Shown: in pieces, positions 49,700 to 60,129 of the stretch
How the letters are laid out: the number at the start of each line of letters is the position of its first letter
Numbering within the stretch: the stretch's first letter is position 1
NCBI GenBank assembly: GCA_947501605.1
Contig: CANMWZ010000003.1
Coordinates: 32,001 to 96,000 of the forward strand
DNA from: Planctomycetota bacterium
Lineage (GTDB): Bacteria; Planctomycetota; UBA1135; UBA2386
DNA length: 64,000 nt
Reading direction: 5' to 3'
Made by a program: the position numbers and the translations under genes
The notes under the pieces: model-generated
The model's input: only the letters and a program-made list of their open reading frames with translations
What the model was told of the DNA's origin: nothing
Database searches by the model: none

Positions 49700-50884
49700 G
49701 TGCGCAGAACCCGCGTTGCGATCCTCGGCTCGACCGGCTCCATCGGAACTCAGGCCCTCGCCATCCTCGCGGAGCACCGGGACCGCTTCGAGGCGGTCGC
49801 CCTGCAGGCGCACAGCGCCGGTGCCGCCATCGCCCAGCAAGCGCGCGAGTTCGGCGTCCCCGCCGCCTGCTTGACTGGGACAGACAGGCCCCCGGAAGCG
49901 CTACCACCTGGCACTCGCTTCCACACCGGGCAGGACGGATTGATCGCCATGCTCGATGCGACGGAGCCAGATGTGGTCCTGAACGGCATCACCGGCGCGG
50001 CGGGCCTACGCGCCTCGGAATGGACGCTCCTGGCCGGCCGTCGGTTGGCGCTCGCCAACAAAGAATCCCTGGTGCTCGCAGGGCCCTACCTGATGGGGCT
50101 CGCAGCCCGCACCGGTTCCGAGATCCTGCCGGTTGACAGCGAACACTGCGCGATCCACCAGTGCCTACGCGCTGGGCGGCGCAGCGAAGTACGCCGCATC
50201 CACCTCACCGGTTCGGGCGGGCCGTTCCGCCTCAGGGCGCTCGAGACCTTCGCCTCGATCACACCGCAAGAGGCCTTGCGTCACCCGACCTGGTCGATGG
50301 GGCCGCGCATCACGATCGGTAGCGCGACGATGATGAACAAGGCATTCGAAGTGCTGGAGGCCCACTGGCTCTTTGGACTCCAAGCCGAACAAATCCAAGT
50401 AGTGCTACACCCGCAGAGCATCGTTCACTCCATGGTCGAGTTCATCGACGGCTCCATCGTCGCCCAGTGTGGCTTGCCCGACATGAGGCTACCGATCCTC
50501 TATTGCCTTGGCTGGCCGGACCGCTTGCCGCTCGCTTTCGAGCCATTCGATCCAGCACGCTGGGCCCGGCTCGAGTTCCAGCCTGTCGAACCGGAGCGTT
50601 ATCCGGCAATTGCACTGGCCTTCGACGTCCTTCGGCTCGGTGGTGATTCAGGTGCCGTGCTCAATGCAGCCGATGAGGTGCTGACACGGAGATTCCTCGA
50701 CGGTGCCGTGCCCTTCCCCTCGATCGCCACGACTGCCGCCTCGATTCTGCGCGCGCGTACGCCGCGGAGCATTCTCGGGCTCCAGGATGTGCTCCGAGCC
50801 GATCGCGAAGGGCGCGATGCTGCCGAGCGGCTCACCGCGAACACCCTCAACGACCTGCACAGCGAGCGCAGCAACCGCCCATGA
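49700..50884 (+). CDS. dxr: 1-deoxy-D-xylulose-5-phosphate reductoisomerase
   Basis: ILGSTGSIG, LANKESLV, PVDSEH, SGGPF, HPTWSMG, ATMMNK, HPQSIVHSMVEF, NAADE. Confidence 0.97.
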   Translation: MRRTRVAILGSTGSIGTQALAILAEHRDRFEAVALQAHSAGAAIAQQAREFGVPAACLTGTDRPPEALPPGTRFHTGQDGLIAMLDATEPDVVLNGITGAAGLRASEWTLLAGRRLALANKESLVLAGPYLMGLAARTGSEILPVDSEHCAIHQCLRAGRRSEVRRIHLTGSGGPFRLRALETFASITPQEALRHPTWSMGPRITIGSATMMNKAFEVLEAHWLFGLQAEQIQVVLHPQSIVHSMVEFIDGSIVAQCGLPDMRLPILYCLGWPDRLPLAFEPFDPARWARLEFQPVEPERYPAIALAFDVLRLGGDSGAVLNAADEVLTRRFLDGAVPFPSIATTAASILRARTPRSILGLQDVLRADREGRDAAERLTANTLNDLHSERSNRP

Positions 50885-52710
50885 ACGACTTCGGCAACGG
50901 CCTGCTCGTGGCCCTCGGCATCGGCATGCTGATCTTCGTCCACGAGTTGGGTCACTACCTCGCGGCGCGCTGGATCGGTGCACGGGTCGAAGTTTTCTCC
51001 CTTGGCTTCGGCCCGCGCCTCCTCGGCTTTCGCCGCGGTCCGACCGACTACCGACTGTCCCTGATCCCGCTTGGCGGCTACGTCGCCGTCGCCGGCCAGG
51101 ATCCGGACGACCACCAACACCTTCTGGAACACAGCCTCCAGGACAAGTCCGTCGGCCAGCGGTTCTTGTTCTTCTGCGGTGGGGTCGTGATGAACCTGTT
51201 GTTCGCGCTGGTCGCCTTCCCGATCGCCTTCGGCAATGGTGTCAGCTTTCCGGCGCCGGTGATCGGCAACGTGGCGCTCGGCGGCGCCGCCTGGGAAGCC
51301 GGCCTTCAAAGGGGCGACCGCGTGCTGGCCGTGCACGGGAAGTCGATGTACTCGTTCGAGAACTTGGTCGTCGAGATCGCCCTCTCGGGTGGTCGACCAG
51401 TTCCGATGCTCGTCGATCGGAACGGCGAGCCGAGAGCGATCGAAGTGCTCCCGCGCTACAGCGCGACCGATGGCCTGTACGGCGTGGGCATCGAGATGGC
51501 GGTGAGCGAGGCACCGACCACGCTCGTGATCGCACCAGGAGGCCCGGCCGCGCTCGCAGGATTCGAGACGGGCGATGAACTTCTGCAGATCGACGGCAAG
51601 ACCGCGACGATCGACGGGCCCCCAGACGACGAAACACAACTGCACCTTCAAGAGGGGAGACCGGTAGAGCTGCGCGTCCGCCGCAAGGCCAAGGACGGAA
51701 CGGTCTCCGAGATTGCCGCGGCGGTCATGCCGCTGCCGCGCACTTCGGAGCGCGCCCTTCTTGGCGTCGAGCCATTGCGCCGTTTGGTTGGCGGAATCCG
51801 ACCCGGCTTCCACGTCGTCGATCAACTCGGGCTACTTCGCAACGACGTGGTACTCGCGATCGATGGCCAGACGTTCCGCGGGCAGGACCTGAAGTCTCCC
51901 CTGCCGTCGGGCGCTCTCCGACTCCTCGTCCAACGCGGCGATCGGCGCCTTGAGCTCAGCGCCCCCGCCACCGACGAAGATCGCGCCAAGTTCGCGGACT
52001 ACGTGGCCCTGCTGCCTGACTTCGAAGCCACCGCGCTGAAGCCGATGCCCGAGGGCGCTGCAATCGACGCGGGGATTGCAGCCGGGGATCGCCTCCTGTC
52101 CATCGACGGCGCTGCGGTTTCGACGTGGATCCAATTGCAAGCAGTCGTGCGCAAGGCCGGCAATCGCCCGCTGCGTGTCGAGATCGAGCAGCTGCCCGAT
52201 TTGCCCGGAAGCCCAGCAAAGACACGGACCCTCACACTGTCCCCGCGGCAGCCCATTGCACACGACTACGGCTACATCCGGCAAGTGGAGCGTCTTCGCA
52301 ACGAAGTGCAGGCGAGCAGCACACTCGACGCGATGCGACTTGGCAGTATCTGCGCCCTGGATCTGATCAAGCAGCTCTACGTGACGATGAAGCGACTGCT
52401 GACCGGAGAGGTCGCCGCCAGCAACCTCGGCGGGATCATCCAGATCAGCCGAGTGAGCTACCAGAACACGCAGTGGGGTCTGCCCCGCTTCCTCTACTTC
52501 CTGGCACTGCTGAGCATCAATCTCGCGTTCGTCAACGTGCTGCCGATCCCGGTCCTCGACGGCGGTCACTTGCTGTTTCTGCTGATCGAACGCATCAAGG
52601 GCTCGCCCGTCAGCGTGCGCATCTTCAACTACAGTCAGGTGCTCGGGCTGGTCCTCGTGCTGGCCCTTGTCGTGTTCGTCACCTACAACGACATCCTGCG
52701 CCTTCTGTAG
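50881..52710 (+). CDS. rseP: RIP metalloprotease RseP with multiple PDZ domains
   Basis: HELGH, FSLGFGP, IPLGGYV, NVLPIPVLDGGH; follows dxr. Confidence 0.95.
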   Translation: MNDFGNGLLVALGIGMLIFVHELGHYLAARWIGARVEVFSLGFGPRLLGFRRGPTDYRLSLIPLGGYVAVAGQDPDDHQHLLEHSLQDKSVGQRFLFFCGGVVMNLLFALVAFPIAFGNGVSFPAPVIGNVALGGAAWEAGLQRGDRVLAVHGKSMYSFENLVVEIALSGGRPVPMLVDRNGEPRAIEVLPRYSATDGLYGVGIEMAVSEAPTTLVIAPGGPAALAGFETGDELLQIDGKTATIDGPPDDETQLHLQEGRPVELRVRRKAKDGTVSEIAAAVMPLPRTSERALLGVEPLRRLVGGIRPGFHVVDQLGLLRNDVVLAIDGQTFRGQDLKSPLPSGALRLLVQRGDRRLELSAPATDEDRAKFADYVALLPDFEATALKPMPEGAAIDAGIAAGDRLLSIDGAAVSTWIQLQAVVRKAGNRPLRVEIEQLPDLPGSPAKTRTLTLSPRQPIAHDYGYIRQVERLRNEVQASSTLDAMRLGSICALDLIKQLYVTMKRLLTGEVAASNLGGIIQISRVSYQNTQWGLPRFLYFLALLSINLAFVNVLPIPVLDGGHLLFLLIERIKGSPVSVRIFNYSQVLGLVLVLALVVFVTYNDILRLL

Positions 52711-52737
52711 TCGGCAGTGCCGGCCCCGGGCGCCACC

Positions 52738-53610
52738 ATGGCCGCCCTGCTGCCCTACCTTCGTCTGCTGCGAGCAGGCACACTGTTCTCCCCAGCCGCC
52801 GACGTCATCGCCGGCCGGTGCATTGTGGCCCATGCCACCGGCCTTGCAGTCTGGTCCGATGGCACCGCCATGGCCGCGCTGTGTAGCGTGCTCCTCTATG
52901 CCGGTGGCATGGTCTGCAACGACGTCGCCGATGTCGCCGAGGACCGTCGGCGGCGCCCCGAGCGTCCGATCCCAAGTGGCGCGATCGCGCGCCCGGTCGC
53001 CGCGACTCTGGCGCTACTCCTGCTCACGAGCGGCGTGGCACTGTCCCCCATGCCAAGCCACCATGCTGTGATCGCAGTCTTGGTGTTGGCTTACGACTTC
53101 GCCTGCAAGCGCAACATCTTCGCCGGGGCCCTGACGATGGGCATCCTGCGGGCACTCAATCTCGCGACGGCCGCCGCGCCGGTCTGGGAGAGTTGCCCCA
53201 TGCCGCTCGCCATCGCCGCGCTGTGCTACGGCGTCTACATCTTCGCGGTCACGATCCTCGGAACCTTCGAGGACGACCCCACAGTGCGCCCGCGGACCGT
53301 CGTTGCGATCCAGGCAGCGCCGATGTGGGCGGCGCTCGGAGGCCTCTTGGCCGTTCAGGACGGGCTGTGGCCCGCGCCCATGCTCGCGCTAGTGCCCATC
53401 ATCGGCCTCGCCCGCCGCAACCGCTCGATCCAACGATGGGACACCAACGCCATCCGAGGGTCGATGGGCTTCCTGCTCCTCGGCACCATGGTCTACACCG
53501 CGCTCTTGTGCGCCGCGGCCGACCGCTGGTTCGAAACCACAGCGATCAGCTGCTGCATACCGCTAGCCCGCACCGTCACCAAGCGCTTGCGTCTCCGCGT
53601 GATGACCTGA
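52738..53610 (+). CDS. UbiA-family prenyltransferase (EboC-like)
   Basis: YAGGMVCNDVADVAEDRRRRPERPIPSG; MGILRALN; multiple TM helices. Confidence 0.85.
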   Translation: MAALLPYLRLLRAGTLFSPAADVIAGRCIVAHATGLAVWSDGTAMAALCSVLLYAGGMVCNDVADVAEDRRRRPERPIPSGAIARPVAATLALLLLTSGVALSPMPSHHAVIAVLVLAYDFACKRNIFAGALTMGILRALNLATAAAPVWESCPMPLAIAALCYGVYIFAVTILGTFEDDPTVRPRTVVAIQAAPMWAALGGLLAVQDGLWPAPMLALVPIIGLARRNRSIQRWDTNAIRGSMGFLLLGTMVYTALLCAAADRWFETTAISCCIPLARTVTKRLRLRVMT

Positions 53611-53625
53611 GACCCGGGCGAGCCC

Positions 53626-54411
53626 TCAGCGAGGCTGCGGGCGGCGCGCGTTCCGCGCGGCGTCGGCCTCGTCCTTCGTCATCTGGCCCTTCTTGACCAG
53701 CTTGTCCAGTGCGCGTTGAAAGCGATCCTGGTCGGCGGCGCCGTCCACCGCGCGCGGGCCCTGCTCTGGCCGGACCTCGGCCACGAGGTGGTCCTCGATA
53801 TCAGGGTGCGTCGGAGCCAAGCCTGCAACCGGCGGGCTCATGGCATCCAGGACGTTCGTGCGTGTCTTGGTTTCGAGCGACGCACTCCCGGCGCCCTCTT
53901 GCGGCAGTTGCGCCAACAGGTCACGGCGAACCGCGTCGAGGCTCTGTGCCATCGGATCTTCGCCGAGGTGTTTGTTGGTGCCGGCCGTCCCTGCCCTGCG
54001 GAACTCGTCGAGCAGCGTGCCAACGAGATTGTGCATCAGCGGTTCGATCACCTGTTCGGCGGTCGACGACGTGTTGTTCTTCAACACCTCGGTGACCAGA
54101 CTCTGAACCCGCGTAATGGACTCGCGCAAGAAGTCGGCCATCTCCTGGCCAAGTCGCGAGTCGATCTGCACCTTGGCACTCGATGCGACCTTCTGCACGA
54201 TGTCGGCGGCCATGCGAGTAGCCGACTCGAAGAAGTCCTTCATCTCGAGGCTTAGTCGACGGTCGCGAATCTCGCGCAGTTCGACCTCCTCCAACTCCTG
54301 CAGGGCATTGGCTGGCCCCGACAAGGAGCGCTGCCCGGCGTTGCCAAGGCGCCGCATGCGTTCGCGCTCGCGCCGATAGTTATCGAACCCGTCACCCGTT
54401 CCCTGGTGCAT
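53626..54411 (-). CDS. Hypothetical helical cytoplasmic protein
   Basis: GAGGGG RBS; genome-typical codon usage; no recognised motif. Confidence 0.7.
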   Translation of the reverse strand: MHQGTGDGFDNYRRERERMRRLGNAGQRSLSGPANALQELEEVELREIRDRRLSLEMKDFFESATRMAADIVQKVASSAKVQIDSRLGQEMADFLRESITRVQSLVTEVLKNNTSSTAEQVIEPLMHNLVGTLLDEFRRAGTAGTNKHLGEDPMAQSLDAVRRDLLAQLPQEGAGSASLETKTRTNVLDAMSPPVAGLAPTHPDIEDHLVAEVRPEQGPRAVDGAADQDRFQRALDKLVKKGQMTKDEADAARNARRPQPR

Positions 54412-54458
54412 ATCATCCCCTCGCGGTGTTGACCGCGCGATGACGAGCTATCGGCCAG

Positions 54459-55808
54459 CTAGCCGCCGGTCTTGACGCGCGTTGCCACCAGCCGCCGGAG
54501 ATGCTCGAGTGCCAATTCGCGCGTCGGCTCGGTGCCATCGATCGCTTCGAGCTCGAGTTCGACGGCCTTCAGGATCTGCCCCACGGCGGGACCTTCCAGT
54601 ACACCGGCAGCGAGAACGTCCGCACCCGTCAACAGCGCTTCGCGAATGGGCGGCAGGGCAGCGACCATTGCGGTGACCGCCTCGTGGATCGACAGATCAC
54701 CATGGCTACCAAGGCAGTCGGCCCGATGGAAGGCGAGGTGCTTCTCGAACAGTGAGTCGCGCAACCAGCGTTCACGTCGGCGCGGTCGCATCTGCAACAG
54801 ACTCGCCATACGAATGTGGTCGCGGCAGATCTCAACGACAGCGCGGCGCAGGACCTTCGGCGCGTGCAACCTCTCCAGTACGACTTCGGCCATCTGGGCC
54901 GACAGCACGTCGTGCCCGTCGAATCGGATGCGATCCTCAGCGACCCGAAACGTCGGCGGCTTGCCGATGTCGTGGAGCAGCGCACTCCACGCGAGGACCG
55001 GGTCATGCTCGGGCACTTGCTCGAGTACCAACGCGACGTGCGTCAGCACGCAACCCTCCGGATGGTACTGCGGTGGCTGCGGCACACCGGCCATCGCTGC
55101 CACCTCAGGCAGCAACACCGCGGCAAAGCCCCACGCAACGAACCGGTGCAACGCCGCGCCGCGGCCTGCTCCGCTGAACGTGTTCGTGAGCTCGTCGTAG
55201 ACGCGCTCGGGCGAGAGTCGCAGCAACTCCGGCGCCAGCAACTGAGCTGCCGAAAGCGTCTCGCCTTCGACCTCGAAGGACAGTCGCGCGGCGAAGCGCC
55301 ATAACCGCAGCAACCGCAAAGGATCTTCGGAGAGTCGGCGCGATGCTGGCCCGATCGCCCGCAGGAGACGTCGATCCAGATCGGCCAGACCACCCAACGG
55401 ATCGATGAGCGTTCCGGTCACCGCGTCGGCGTAGATCGCATTGCAGGTGAAGTCTCGGCGCACAGCGTCGATTGCCAGATCGCGAACGAACTTGACGCGA
55501 TCCGGGCGCCGATGGTCGGTGTAGTCCGCTTCCGCCCGAAGCGTCGTGACCACCACCGGTACTGGCAGCCCCAACAGGCGGCACGCTCCGAGGTGTGCAT
55601 CTTGCAAGTCAGCCTCGGGCAGGACGGCTGCGACTTGCTCTGGCAGCAAGTCCGTGGCGACATCGAAATCACGCACCGTCGTCTGGAGCAGCAGATCGCG
55701 CACCGTGCCGCCGACCAACCAAGATCGACCACCAGCAGCTGCAAGGCGCCGGAGCACGTCGTGCACTGCGATTGGGATCTGCGCAGCGTCGAGCTTCACT
55801 GCAGGCAT
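54459..55808 (-). CDS. cca: CCA tRNA nucleotidyltransferase / poly(A) polymerase family with HD domain
   Basis: LVGGTVRDLLL, DFDVAT, RRDFTCNA, EDPLRLLR, ERVYDEL, HPEG, LLHDIGKP. Confidence 0.92.
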   Translation of the reverse strand: MPAVKLDAAQIPIAVHDVLRRLAAAGGRSWLVGGTVRDLLLQTTVRDFDVATDLLPEQVAAVLPEADLQDAHLGACRLLGLPVPVVVTTLRAEADYTDHRRPDRVKFVRDLAIDAVRRDFTCNAIYADAVTGTLIDPLGGLADLDRRLLRAIGPASRRLSEDPLRLLRLWRFAARLSFEVEGETLSAAQLLAPELLRLSPERVYDELTNTFSGAGRGAALHRFVAWGFAAVLLPEVAAMAGVPQPPQYHPEGCVLTHVALVLEQVPEHDPVLAWSALLHDIGKPPTFRVAEDRIRFDGHDVLSAQMAEVVLERLHAPKVLRRAVVEICRDHIRMASLLQMRPRRRERWLRDSLFEKHLAFHRADCLGSHGDLSIHEAVTAMVAALPPIREALLTGADVLAAGVLEGPAVGQILKAVELELEAIDGTEPTRELALEHLRRLVATRVKTGG

Positions 55809-55829
55809 GCCGGTCACCATACTGTGCGT

Positions 55830-56507
55830 ATGCACGCTGAGCGTTCGCAAACGCAAACCGACGAGGGGTTCCAAGACCCGTCGCTGCCGGCTCGACTACC
55901 CACTAGCCCCTTGACGTGGTACGTCCTACTCGGCTTGACGCTGCTGGTCGGCACATTCACGCTGATCTTCTACACAGCGGGGCGGTCCGCACGCGCCGAG
56001 ACGCGTGGAGACCAGTTGGCCGCGCTGTTGCTCCACGAAGCTCGCCAGATCGCCCCAATCGATTGGGACGCCACTTGGCAACGCGAACTCCTCAGCGCCA
56101 GGTTGATCGCAGCGGCGATCAGCTCGGCCGTCTTCGTGGAGGACCTTGAGTTACGGGAAGGCCACGAAGATGCCAGCATCGCATTCTTCAACAAGCACTA
56201 CTGCATCGAGGTGCGGCCCTCGCCTCGAACAGAGCCCGACACCGAACCCGACGACGCGGACCCAGCGCTCGAGGTAGTGGCTTGGCCGCGCAGCACGGTC
56301 GGTCCGGCAACTTCCGTGTTCTTCCACCCCGAGGACGCAGAATCCGCCTACTCGCGCAACTTGCAGGCTGGCTACGTGGACAACCAAGTGGACAAGCATC
56401 CGGCTCCTGGTTTCCCCCATCGCCGCAATGACGGCCATCTCGGCGCGTGGGACTATCGCGGCTACGATGACGAGCGGTGGCTGTTGCGCGAGCGACCTAC
56501 GCGCTAG
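55830..56507 (+). CDS. Hypothetical protein with one N-terminal TM helix; start uncertain
   Basis: WYVLLGLTLLVGTFTLIFY TM; later EVVAWP...TSVFF motif. Confidence 0.55.
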   Translation: MHAERSQTQTDEGFQDPSLPARLPTSPLTWYVLLGLTLLVGTFTLIFYTAGRSARAETRGDQLAALLLHEARQIAPIDWDATWQRELLSARLIAAAISSAVFVEDLELREGHEDASIAFFNKHYCIEVRPSPRTEPDTEPDDADPALEVVAWPRSTVGPATSVFFHPEDAESAYSRNLQAGYVDNQVDKHPAPGFPHRRNDGHLGAWDYRGYDDERWLLRERPTR

Positions 56508-56529
56508 CCCGGAGCCCTGACTCGCACCC

Positions 56530-58251
56530 TCAGAAGTACTCGAACAAGAAGTCCTTCACGACGGCGCGAAACGAGGGGTCCTCGGTCTTGTTGGCAGCGT
56601 CCTGGAATCGCGTGAGCCGCCTGACATCGTCCAAATCGAGCCAGGAACGCGCCAACGAGTTCAGGGCCTGGATGCGCAACTGCGGTGACTCTCCGGCGTC
56701 GAACAGCACTGCGCGCATGAGATCGGAGATCGGCTTGGCGACGGCCGCATCGTTGCGTTCGACGGCGATGCCGGCCAGCGCCTGCAGGTAGAGTGCGCGC
56801 CGGACGTAGTCATCCTTCTGTAGCTCCTTCCAGAACGACAGCAACTCTGCTTCTTGGCCGCGCAGGTTGGGCAGGATCACCGGGATGTAATCGACCGTGT
56901 CCAGTTGCTCCCCCATCGAGTCCTGCTTGCTCACGGACCGCTTCGGGGCGACGTACAGATCGAACAACGCGCGCGCGGCGCCAGGTGCGTGGCTCAGGGC
57001 CAGCGCGATCAGAAACTGGCGTCCTTCTTCTGGCGGGGCCGCTAGGAATCGCTCACGAAACAGCGCCACGCAGCGCGGATCACCGCTCGCGCCCAGAAGT
57101 CGTAGCAACAGTTGCAGCCGGGTTCCCGTCGCTGTGGCAACGGATTCGATCACGAGCGTCACGGCATCGGGCCGACCGCGGCGGGTCAACTCACGCAGCG
57201 CGATCGACTTGGTCTCCAGCAATTCGTCAGTGCCCGCGAGCACTTCGAAGGTCCGCGTGACGTCGTCGCCTTCGACGCCGTCCAGCGCTTCGGCGACGCC
57301 CAAGCGAATCTCCGGACGAGCATGGGTCGAGAGCCGCAGGATGTCCTCCCGCAGCACCCCAAACTCGCGACCGCGCAACTGCTTCAGCGCGCGCGCAACC
57401 ACGAGCGGGTCGTCGGCGATCAGCTCGTTGCGCAGCCAGAGTGTCGCGGAGGTCTTGCCACCGGAGTGCATCACCCCGGCCACTACATCCTTGAACTCAC
57501 CATTGGCGAATTCCCAGATCTGCTCCAGGACCTCGGCACCCTTCACCGGCGGCAGTTGCAGAGTCTCTTGCATCACAAGGTCGCGGAGCGCCACTGGCGT
57601 TTCCGGCGTCATCAGGTGCTGGTAGAGCGACACAACTTCGTCTGGCAACCGCAACCTCGCCGCGCGCAACCAAGCAATCCGTGCCCGGCCGTCCATACCG
57701 GTGAGGAAGAGTGGAGTCGTTGCCCGGACGGTCGCCGCGCTGCCCGACGTGGCCAGTGCCGCAAAGGCCGCTTGGCGGACGCCAGAGTCCGGGTGCTCCA
57801 TCGCTCGGCGCAGTGCGTCATCGAACTCGACGCGCCCCATGCGACTCATCGCTTCGACGGCGTTGCGGACGACGTCCACGAGCGCCGGTTGGCTGAAGCA
57901 CCGGTCCATCAGCTCGATCAATACCTCGATTGCCTCGTCCGGTGCGCGACCGAAGAAGTCGGTCGCCATCAGCCAGACTTCGCGCTTGGTGTTGCCTTGC
58001 AGGTTCGCCACGACCCGTTCCAGGGACTGCCGGCGCGAACGCACATAGACGGGCGCTGGGTTGACCGCCGGCAGGTTGACGACGACCGGATAGTCGTCGT
58101 GCCACACCTTGAAGGCATAGTGAGGCCGCGCAGACTGCGGCGGTAGCTCCGGCGCGGTTGGCTCCGCTTTGAGGTCTGGCGCCTGCTGCGCCTGCACAAG
58201 GGCGCCAATGGCAAGGGCGAGAACGGCGCGAGAGCAGAGGGTCCAGTTCAC
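56530..58251 (-). CDS. Secreted HEAT-repeat protein
   Basis: Signal peptide; HPDSGVRQAAFAAL and HARPEIRLGVAEAL HEAT units. Confidence 0.8.
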   Translation of the reverse strand: MNWTLCSRAVLALAIGALVQAQQAPDLKAEPTAPELPPQSARPHYAFKVWHDDYPVVVNLPAVNPAPVYVRSRRQSLERVVANLQGNTKREVWLMATDFFGRAPDEAIEVLIELMDRCFSQPALVDVVRNAVEAMSRMGRVEFDDALRRAMEHPDSGVRQAAFAALATSGSAATVRATTPLFLTGMDGRARIAWLRAARLRLPDEVVSLYQHLMTPETPVALRDLVMQETLQLPPVKGAEVLEQIWEFANGEFKDVVAGVMHSGGKTSATLWLRNELIADDPLVVARALKQLRGREFGVLREDILRLSTHARPEIRLGVAEALDGVEGDDVTRTFEVLAGTDELLETKSIALRELTRRGRPDAVTLVIESVATATGTRLQLLLRLLGASGDPRCVALFRERFLAAPPEEGRQFLIALALSHAPGAARALFDLYVAPKRSVSKQDSMGEQLDTVDYIPVILPNLRGQEAELLSFWKELQKDDYVRRALYLQALAGIAVERNDAAVAKPISDLMRAVLFDAGESPQLRIQALNSLARSWLDLDDVRRLTRFQDAANKTEDPSFRAVVKDFLFEYF

Positions 58252-58424
58252 GGGGTTTCGGACTCGAACAAAGGACGGCGGCCAGGAGAGCCTATCGGCC
58301 AGGACGTAATCAGGCAGAAGCTGGCGCCCGGAAACTCCATTTAGCCAAGGACGGCGGCACGGTCACGGCAACTCCATGTCCTCGGCAGGGCACTCGAGAA
58401 CGCTCGGTTCCCTCCGCTGGAGTC

Positions 58425-60047
58425 TCACTCGCGCGGGGCTTCAAGCAGACCCTGAGCGTACTTCAGGCGGCTCTGGGCCTTGTGGTAATCAAGTTGGTTG
58501 CGCAACAGTCGGCCGCGGGCCTCGCGCAGTTCTTGGTTGCGTCGTTGCACTTCGAAGGCCGTCGACGAGCCGACGCCCAGCTTGACCTGCTCGGTTTCCA
58601 GGTTGGTTTCCGCGAGCCGCACGGACTCGGCACTGGCACGGATGGCTTGCGCCAGACTGTCGAGGTTGCGGACCACCTCGCGAACTTCCTTGGTCACGTT
58701 CAGCATTGCCCCGTAGAGGTCACGTTGCCGGCGCTCCACTTCGAGTTCGGCGCTACGTCGACGCGCGCGCGCAGATTGGTTGCCGATGGGAATGCTGAAC
58801 TCCAGTCGAACGCCCCAGTCCGGAAACTGCTGATTGATCGAGTCGTCCCACGCCGGTCGGAAACTGTCGGTGCGTACGGCATCACTCGAATAGGTGCTCA
58901 CAAGATCGAGATCCGGCAGCAAGTCGCGGTTCGCTCTGACCAGATCGATCTCGGCCTCGGCGACACGGCTGCGAGCGGCCTTCAAGTCGGGCCGATTCGC
59001 CAGCGCCGTGTCGACGAGGTCGGCAGTTGCCGTACTGGTGGCCTCGAACTTCATTTCGATCGGCTCGATGGGTCGCAAGTTCCATCGCCACAACTGACCA
59101 TCGCGATCGTCGAACAGCAGGCGGCGCAACTCGTCTTCGCCACGGCGGATCGCGTTGTCGGCGCCGATGAGCTCCTCCTGACGGCGCGCGACTTCGGCGT
59201 CATCGGCCACCCGGTCACGGGGTGCGAGTTCGCGCACGCGGATGCGTTCGATGGTGATGCGCAACTGCTCTTGCGCCACGGTGAACGCCGACTGCACGAT
59301 GCGGTAGTTCTCGCGGGCGAAGACCAAGTCCCAGTAGGCCTGAACGACGGCCAAGAGGGTGTCTTGCACCGAACGAACGAAGTCCTGTTCGCTGCGCGCG
59401 ACGCCCTGCCGCGCCTTGTCGATGTCCGCCTTGGTGTAGTCGCTCCACGCGCCGCGCAAGAGCGGTTGCGTGTAGCTGACCACCCATTCCGAGGTGAACT
59501 GGCGCGAGGGGAATCCCGTAACCGAAGTCTGCGTGTCGAGTCGAGCGGGCCGATACGAGAGGTCGAAGAGACCGCCGCTGATGACTCGCTGCCGCCAGCC
59601 CACGGTCGCATCGACGGTCTGCCGCGAGATCGATGGCTGAAACACGTTCCGTTGCGGCGTCTGTGAGTCGCTGTAGCCGGTGTTCCCGTAGAGCTCTGGA
59701 TTGAAGATGGCTTCGGCTCCGACCAGGGACTGCCGTGCTTGCTCGGGCAACAGCTCGCCGGATCGCAGTTCGATGTTGTTCGAACGGGCCAAGCGCAGCG
59801 CGTCACCCAAGGTCAGAACTCGAGTGGGCTGCCCCTTGGTCTCCGCTTCGGCGTCCACCGGCAGCGGTCCCTGCGGATCCTGGGACGAAGCTCCACTGCG
59901 GGTCGACGCAGTCGGATCTGGCGTTGGACGAGGAGCTGGATCCTGCGTCACCGCAACCGAGGCCAGCGCGATCGCACACAGCAGTGCCAACCACGGCGTG
60001 CGCACAGACGGCAAGTCGCCGACCGAATCGACCAAGAAGAGCCTCAT
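58425..60047 (-). CDS. TolC-family outer membrane efflux protein
   Basis: LTLGDALRLARSNN, YTQPLLRG, VVQAYWDLV, ALANRPDL, FSIPIGN, TAFEV. Confidence 0.92.
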   Translation of the reverse strand: MRLFLVDSVGDLPSVRTPWLALLCAIALASVAVTQDPAPRPTPDPTASTRSGASSQDPQGPLPVDAEAETKGQPTRVLTLGDALRLARSNNIELRSGELLPEQARQSLVGAEAIFNPELYGNTGYSDSQTPQRNVFQPSISRQTVDATVGWRQRVISGGLFDLSYRPARLDTQTSVTGFPSRQFTSEWVVSYTQPLLRGAWSDYTKADIDKARQGVARSEQDFVRSVQDTLLAVVQAYWDLVFARENYRIVQSAFTVAQEQLRITIERIRVRELAPRDRVADDAEVARRQEELIGADNAIRRGEDELRRLLFDDRDGQLWRWNLRPIEPIEMKFEATSTATADLVDTALANRPDLKAARSRVAEAEIDLVRANRDLLPDLDLVSTYSSDAVRTDSFRPAWDDSINQQFPDWGVRLEFSIPIGNQSARARRRSAELEVERRQRDLYGAMLNVTKEVREVVRNLDSLAQAIRASAESVRLAETNLETEQVKLGVGSSTAFEVQRRNQELREARGRLLRNQLDYHKAQSRLKYAQGLLEAPRE

Positions 60048-60129
60048 TGCCGCGCGACTTGGTATCCGATCCTTGCGTGCTTGCCCAGCAAAACTGTGCC
60101 TCAGATCGCACGCAGGCTGGCCTGGTCCT

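Noticed and set aside
58271..58360. 12-bp direct repeat aaggacggcggc in the tolC-HEAT intergenic region
   Set aside because: Too short and GC-rich to distinguish from chance.
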